Part shown: piece by piece, positions 58,801 to 64,000 of the stretch
Position numbering within the stretch: position 1 is the first letter of the stretch
Layout: the number at the start of each line of letters is the position of its first letter
Assembly: GCA_044370415.1 (NCBI GenBank)
Contig: JBILVO010000004.1
Coordinates: 3,467-67,466, forward strand
Source: Pirellulales bacterium
GTDB taxonomy: Bacteria > Planctomycetota > Planctomycetia > Pirellulales > UBA1268
Reading direction: 5' to 3'
Length of the DNA stretch: 64,000 bases
The notes under the pieces: generated by a model
What the model was told of the DNA's origin: nothing
Seen by the model: only the letters and a program-made list of their open reading frames with translations
The model's database searches: none
Program-made: the position numbers and the translations under genes

Positions 58801-59574
58801 ATGCCCATCACCCCGCTGCCGTCCGCCGACATGCTCGTCGCCACGGGGGTCTGCCTCCGGATGGTGGCGGCGGTCATCGCCGGCACGCTGCCGATCCTCG
58901 AGGGCGCGTCGGTCCGGATCCGGATCGCGCTGGCCGCGGCGCTGGCCGTCGTCGCCGTGCCCATGGCCTGGCAGGCGCACGCGGTGCACCCGGCTGCGGG
59001 GCCGGCGGTCGTGCTGGCCGGGGAGCTGCTCGTGGGCCTGGTGATGGGCACGGCCGTGGCGGCACTGCTCTCCGCCACCGGCTGGGCCGGGGCGATCCTC
59101 GGCAGCGTCTCGGGCCTGTCCTGGTCCGACGACTTCGCCGCGGCAGGCGATCCGCAGTCGGCGGGCGTCGCCAGGCTGGCGTGGTGGATCGGGCTGGCCG
59201 CCTTCGTCGCTGCCGGCGGACAGCTGACCGTCGTCGGGGGCCTCGTCGACAGCGTGCGCCACCTGCCGGTCGGCACCGTGGGCAGCATGCAGTCGGCCGG
59301 GGGCTCGATCCTCGATCTCGCCATCGCCATGCCCGCCATGGCGATCTCGCTGGCCGTGACGCTGGCGATCCCCGCGCTGGCCGCTGTGCTGGCCTTTCAC
59401 TTGGCCGCCGTCTTCTGCCTGCGCACGGTGGCGCTGCCGCCGGGAGCGGGATTCCTGCAGGGAATGGCCGCGGTCGTGCTCCTGGCCGCCGTGTGGCTCG
59501 GGCTGCGGACGTGGACGGACGGTGGCGTCGCCATGACGCTCGGCTCGATCGCCGACTGCTTCGCGCCGAGGTGA
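58801..59574 (+). CDS. fliR: Export gate protein FliR (SctT), strongly divergent
   Basis: 257 aa hydrophobic; VRIRIALA, GELLVGLVMG, AGAILGSVSGLS, VDSVRHLPVG, SLAVTLAIPALAA; position after fliQ. Confidence 0.82.
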   Translation: MPITPLPSADMLVATGVCLRMVAAVIAGTLPILEGASVRIRIALAAALAVVAVPMAWQAHAVHPAAGPAVVLAGELLVGLVMGTAVAALLSATGWAGAILGSVSGLSWSDDFAAAGDPQSAGVARLAWWIGLAAFVAAGGQLTVVGGLVDSVRHLPVGTVGSMQSAGGSILDLAIAMPAMAISLAVTLAIPALAAVLAFHLAAVFCLRTVALPPGAGFLQGMAAVVLLAAVWLGLRTWTDGGVAMTLGSIADCFAPR

Positions 59575-59578
59575 ATCG

Positions 59579-60376
59579 ATGGGAGACGCGGACGACCGCA
59601 CGATCCCGGCGACGCCCCGCCGCCGGGAACTGGCCCGTCGGCAGGGCGGCATGCCGCTGGCGCACCAGCCGGCCTGGGCGGCCGCCGCGGCGACGACCGT
59701 GCTGCTGCTGCCGGCCTGGGCGCGGGCCACCTTCCCCGCGGCGACCGAGATGATGCGGGGGGCACTGACCGCGGCCGTGATCGACGGCGGCTCGGCGGCC
59801 CCGCGGGCCGCCCCGGCGGTCCCGTTGGCGATGCTCGTCCCCACCGCGGCCGTGATCGTCGCGGCCGGTGTCGTCGGCCTGGCGGTGCGGCTGCTGCTCG
59901 ACGGCGGCGGCTGGAGGCCGTCGCGGGTGGCGCCGTCGCTCGACAGGATCAGCCTGATCGCGGGGCTCGCGCGGATCTTCTCGGCACGCACCGCCGTCGT
60001 CGTGGCGACGAGCGCCGCGGCACTGGCCACCGTGACCGCGGTCGGGATCCTCTTCGTGGGCCCGCTCGTGGCCGTGCTCGGGGAGCCGGCGGCCGCGGCC
60101 GAGCCCGAACTGCTCATGCTTCCCATGCGTCGCGCCCTCGTCGCCGTCGCGGCCGGGTCTGTGGTGCTGGCCGCCGGCCAATGGATCATGGCGCGGCTGC
60201 GTTTCGAGCGTCGCATCCGCATGACCCCGCAGGAATATGCGGACGAGGCCCGGAGCATGCAGGCGGCGCCGCAGGTGCGGCTGATGCAGCGTCGGGCCGG
60301 CGCCACCACCGCCCATCCCCGGCCCGCGGCCGCGGATTCCGCCGCCGGGCTGCGATCCGCAGCGGCTTCGCGATAG
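59579..60376 (+). CDS. flhB: FlhB (SctU)-like protein truncated before the NPTH autocleavage domain
   Basis: N-terminal DDRTIPATPRRRELARRQG, PSRVAPSLDRISLIAGLARIFS, FERRIRMTPQEYADEAR; stop ~30 codons later, no NPTH. Confidence 0.8.
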   Translation: MGDADDRTIPATPRRRELARRQGGMPLAHQPAWAAAAATTVLLLPAWARATFPAATEMMRGALTAAVIDGGSAAPRAAPAVPLAMLVPTAAVIVAAGVVGLAVRLLLDGGGWRPSRVAPSLDRISLIAGLARIFSARTAVVVATSAAALATVTAVGILFVGPLVAVLGEPAAAAEPELLMLPMRRALVAVAAGSVVLAAGQWIMARLRFERRIRMTPQEYADEARSMQAAPQVRLMQRRAGATTAHPRPAAADSAAGLRSAAASR

Positions 60377-60444
60377 AATGTGATGACGCGCGGCTGCGCG
60401 GTCCTCAGGGGAGTCTCGTCGAACACCGTCTCGTCGAACCATCC

Positions 60445-63400
60445 ATGATCTACACGACCCACACCTGCCGCGGCCTGCTCCGATCCGTCCTCCTGGTTCT
60501 GGCGTGCGCGTCGACCTCCATCGGCCAGCCGCCGCCACCTGGCGGTCCGCCCGGCGCCGCTCCTCCCCCCGCCAGCGAGCCCAACCCGCCGCCCAAGGAC
60601 GCCAAGCTGGTCGCCGAGGTCTATACGAAGCTCGTCGCGGCGAAGCCCGTCGATGCCGACACGCTGGCCGCGAAAGTCTCCGACTACCCCGTCTGCCGGC
60701 TGCGGCTCTACGTGCCGCCGCAGGTCGGCGAGAAGGGCATCGTCGGCATCGACCACGGTATCTTCCGGTCGACCGGAAAGGTGAAGTCGATCACGCTGTC
60801 GGGCACGAGCGCGGTCTTCCGCTCGCGGCTCAATCAACTGCTCGCCGACCCCGCGGCCGCGTCGACGAAGAACGGCGAGGCCGGGGTGCGGGTCGTCGAC
60901 TTCTGGTGCCAGCGGCCGGAGGGCGCGACGACCTACGTGCCCTACCTGCCGCTGCTGGCGAAGGTGTGGTCCAACGCGTCGGCGGCCGACATTCCCGCCG
61001 GCGACACGACGACGCCGGTGCCGGGACTCGTCTGTTACGACGACACGCCGGAGATCGCCGAGTGCCAGCAGGCGTTCGACTACTCGCCTCCCGTGTTCAA
61101 GAAGGGCATGACCGAGGTCGAGGCTCCGGCGAGCACCGTCACCGCACTGGCGGAGGCGATCAAGTCGCACCGCACGCAGTTGGCGGCGGTGGTCACCAAG
61201 CTGGCAGCGGACAGGATGACGACCAAGCGCATGCCGAATCTCGGCGGGTCCCTGATCATGCTCGACTCGACGCACTCGCTCGGCGAGGAGGCGTGCTCGC
61301 ACGCGGGCACGGCGCCCCGGGTGCTCACAGGAGGCGAGTCGTTCATCGGACTGTCCCCCGACGTGAAGGAGGGCACGGTAACGCTCCGCCAGAAACTGCC
61401 CTTCCCGCTCGGCGCCGGAATCCTGAGGGTGCCGGCGCGAATCACGAGCCCCAAGGCGACGATCGACGTCGAGATCTCGAAGGACGGCGAGAATTGGACG
61501 CGGCTCTTCCTGCTCGCCGCCGACCGCGGCGGCAGCAAGTGGGAGGCCGACGCCTCGTATCCCCTACCCAAGTCATTCCGCGGCTCGGCCAAGTTCCAGA
61601 TCCGCGCCCGTCTCTCTTCGACCGACGAAAAAACCGCCGGCCTCGACCGCGCGGGCGGGCCGCGATTTCTCGACGCCGTGACACGGCTGCCGCGCACGAC
61701 AGAACTCCGCGTGGACGACGGTCTCCTGCGGACGGTCTCGTGCAAGGATCAGGCCGCGGCCGCGGCCAAGCCCTTCTCCCTGCTCATCCAGCCGGAGCGG
61801 CTCGACGTGCAGGCGCTGTCGGAACTGCTGCAGGCACGCGAGGCGGAGAGCGATGTCTACGCTCCGTGCGACCTCGACGAGGCTGCCTGCTCGGCCATCG
61901 CAAAACACGACGGCACGCTGCGCTTCTGGTCGCCGGACGAATGGCAGCAGCATCCTCCCGCCTGGCTGTCGGCGATGGCGGGCGGAGCGGGCCACCTGGT
62001 GTTCGCCGGGCTCGAGCAGCCGGCGCCGGAACTGGCCTCGGCGCTGGCCCCGGGAAAGAAGGCGCTATCGTTCCCGCTCGCCACAGCGCCAGACATCGAA
62101 CTCCTGAAGATCCTCGCCACGTGCACCACCCCGCTGTCGCTGGACGGCATTGTTGATGTGTCCGCAGAGCAGGCCGGTGCGCTGAACGCCTACGCCGGGC
62201 CGAAGCTCTCCCTCGCCGCCGCACGAGCCGCCACCACCTCCGATCCGCCCGGGGCGGCGCTGGCGGCCGCGGTCGTAGCGTCTTCCGGCACGTTCACCAT
62301 CGGCGGTGCGGCGGCTCCGGACGCCGCCACGCTGGCCATCCTGGCCGGTGGACAAAAACACCTCGTATTCGACGGGCTGGAAGCCCTCGACGCGGGAGCC
62401 GCCAAGACCCTGGCAGCCTCGGGCAACGGACTCGCACTGACCGGCCTGGTGTCGTTGCCGCGTGATGCCGCCGACGCGCTCCTCGGCTACCAGGGTCCGC
62501 TGCTTTCGCTGCCCAAGCTGAAGCATGTGACATGCAGCGTGGAAGGGCTGTACCCAGCGAATCAGAAGCCCGTAGTCCGGCTGGCGGCCGCCGTGCGGCA
62601 GGCGGCGCTGGAGGTGGGCGACGACGCAAAGGCCCAGGCGGCCGCGGCGGTGAAGGAACTCGACGCGATCCTCGCCGAAGCGGTGGATCGCGGGCTGTGC
62701 TCTGCCAAGGACAAGGAGCGGATCGCCCGGGGTGTGGAGGCGGCGACGACTTCTCCGGCGGCCATCGTGGACAGGGTCCGCGAAGCGCTCCCGTTGCTGT
62801 CCCCGGACACCCGGCTGGGCATGCGGACCGGGCTCCCGCTCACCGCCTTCGTCGACGCCCCCGGCGTCTTCGTCCTCGAGTCGCCATCGACGGCCCGCAA
62901 GGGCGTGCCCGACAAGGCGTTCTTCGAGACGCTCGCCCAGGGGCGGAAGCACCTCGATCTCTCCAGCCTCACGTCGCTCGACACCGACATGGCCACGGTG
63001 CTGGCGACCACCGAGGGCATCCTGTCGCTCGACGGCCTCACCTCCATCACACCGGAGGCGCTCACTGCACTCGCCGCCTACAAGGGTCCGTTCCTCTCCC
63101 TCAACGGCCTCAAGGTGCCACAGACAGCGGACGATCTAACCAAACTGACGGCAGCATTGAAGCCGATCTTCGAGATGGTGCGCGAGGACCGCGCGAGCGC
63201 CGGCGGACTCTACGCGATCAACATCTCGGGCATGCGCGACTATGTCCTCGAGGCCACCGACTCACTCCCCGAGAAACCGAAGAAGGCCGCCAAGCAGCTC
63301 CAGGCCAATTCGGGCTCTCGCGACTGGGCGAGCCAGGCCGGCCAGCGGGTCAAGGGCAAGGTGCTCGCGCTGCTCGGTCCCGACGTGATCATCGAGACGC

Positions 63401-63573
63401 CGTTCGGGCCCTCGGACGCGACTTCGATCGGTTCGTTCGTGCCGCTCAGCAAGAAGCCACTCATGATGCTGCAGGAGGTGGGTGCGCAGCTCGCCCCCCT
63501 GCGGACAAAGGCCAAGTTCGCCGCGGAGAGCGGTCAGGCCGACGCCGGGGCGGCCACCCCGGCCGGCAACTAA
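60445..63573 (+). CDS. Large exported protein with degenerate ~24-aa leucine-rich repeats
   Basis: Signal peptide + Pro-rich linker; repeats LSLDGIVDVSAEQAGAL, LALTGLVSLPRDAADAL, LDLSSLTSLDTDMATVL, LSLDGLTSITPEALTAL; TAGAAT -10-like box at 60374. Confidence 0.75.
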   Translation: MIYTTHTCRGLLRSVLLVLACASTSIGQPPPPGGPPGAAPPPASEPNPPPKDAKLVAEVYTKLVAAKPVDADTLAAKVSDYPVCRLRLYVPPQVGEKGIVGIDHGIFRSTGKVKSITLSGTSAVFRSRLNQLLADPAAASTKNGEAGVRVVDFWCQRPEGATTYVPYLPLLAKVWSNASAADIPAGDTTTPVPGLVCYDDTPEIAECQQAFDYSPPVFKKGMTEVEAPASTVTALAEAIKSHRTQLAAVVTKLAADRMTTKRMPNLGGSLIMLDSTHSLGEEACSHAGTAPRVLTGGESFIGLSPDVKEGTVTLRQKLPFPLGAGILRVPARITSPKATIDVEISKDGENWTRLFLLAADRGGSKWEADASYPLPKSFRGSAKFQIRARLSSTDEKTAGLDRAGGPRFLDAVTRLPRTTELRVDDGLLRTVSCKDQAAAAAKPFSLLIQPERLDVQALSELLQAREAESDVYAPCDLDEAACSAIAKHDGTLRFWSPDEWQQHPPAWLSAMAGGAGHLVFAGLEQPAPELASALAPGKKALSFPLATAPDIELLKILATCTTPLSLDGIVDVSAEQAGALNAYAGPKLSLAAARAATTSDPPGAALAAAVVASSGTFTIGGAAAPDAATLAILAGGQKHLVFDGLEALDAGAAKTLAASGNGLALTGLVSLPRDAADALLGYQGPLLSLPKLKHVTCSVEGLYPANQKPVVRLAAAVRQAALEVGDDAKAQAAAAVKELDAILAEAVDRGLCSAKDKERIARGVEAATTSPAAIVDRVREALPLLSPDTRLGMRTGLPLTAFVDAPGVFVLESPSTARKGVPDKAFFETLAQGRKHLDLSSLTSLDTDMATVLATTEGILSLDGLTSITPEALTALAAYKGPFLSLNGLKVPQTADDLTKLTAALKPIFEMVREDRASAGGLYAINISGMRDYVLEATDSLPEKPKKAAKQLQANSGSRDWASQAGQRVKGKVLALLGPDVIIETPFGPSDATSIGSFVPLSKKPLMMLQEVGAQLAPLRTKAKFAAESGQADAGAATPAGN

Positions 63574-63591
63574 GCCGTACCGGGCCGCTGG

Positions 63592-64000
63592 CTACGACGG
63601 AGCCGCGTAGCCGTAGCGCTCGATGAACGGCCCCCAGCGCCGCGAAATTTCCGCGACGATCCGCGGATCGCTGACGTAGGTGTTGGTGCGGTACTGCTTC
63701 ATCGACCGCGCCGTCTCCTCGAGCGTCGGCCGCACCTGGTCGAACCCGCCGAGATCGAGCCGCTCGTACGCCTCCGCCAGCCGGGCGACAGGATCGGCGA
63801 CCAGATCCTCGTAGCGGATCTCGTGCAGCCGGCCGGGCGCGAGGGCGGCCCGATCACGGTCGAAGGCCGCATACATCTCCTCGAAGGCCGCGAAGACGTA
63901 GGGCTCGAGCGTGTCGCCGCGGTCGACCTGCAGGCTCTGCACCTCGTGCAGCGATCGCCACAGCCGCATCGTGGAAGAGAACACGACGAACGGATCGCGA
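63592..64000 (-). CDS. Sulfotransferase family protein (partial, 5' end outside window)
   Basis: RDPFVVFSSTMRLW (3'-phosphate-binding RDP motif), EIRYEDLVADP, YERLDLGGF, FIERYGY. Confidence 0.85.
   Translation of the reverse strand, partial: RDPFVVFSSTMRLWRSLHEVQSLQVDRGDTLEPYVFAAFEEMYAAFDRDRAALAPGRLHEIRYEDLVADPVARLAEAYERLDLGGFDQVRPTLEETARSMKQYRTNTYVSDPRIVAEISRRWGPFIERYGYAAPS

Overview
High-GC bacterial chromosome segment; gene content and gene-family style point to Planctomycetota (Pirellulales-like), which is an inference. From left to right: tRNA-Leu(TAA), DUF420, tatC; a MoxR/BatA-vWA/prenyltransferase-repeat/NPCBM envelope cluster; a low-GC orphan gene; housekeeping genes (serine hydrolase, apgM, degenerate pgi-like gene, MBL hydrolase, Rieske ferredoxin, HAD, ECF sigma, 7Fe ferredoxin, HNH, leuB, Gfo/Idh/MocA, purD). 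Next comes a ~19 kb co-oriented respiratory cluster: Rieske, split b6-type cytochrome b, an octaheme cytochrome c with a PDZ domain, two tandem proteins with amicyanin-spaced Cu motifs, a diheme cytochrome c, an A2-type aa3 oxidase with ctaA/ctaB/SCO, and hairpin repeat arrays at gene junctions. After mdh there is a collapsed, strongly divergent flagellar/T3SS export-gate cluster (FliF and FliO in one ORF, FliP with a reduced Met gasket, FliQ, FliR, FlhB ending before the NPTH domain; no flhA/fliG/fliI in the window). It is followed by a large LRR-like exported protein and a partial sulfotransferase. The best novelty candidates are the minimal export-gate cluster and the cupredoxin/multiheme link between complexes III and IV. 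All family calls come from motif recognition by eye, with no database searches; many start codons are best guesses.
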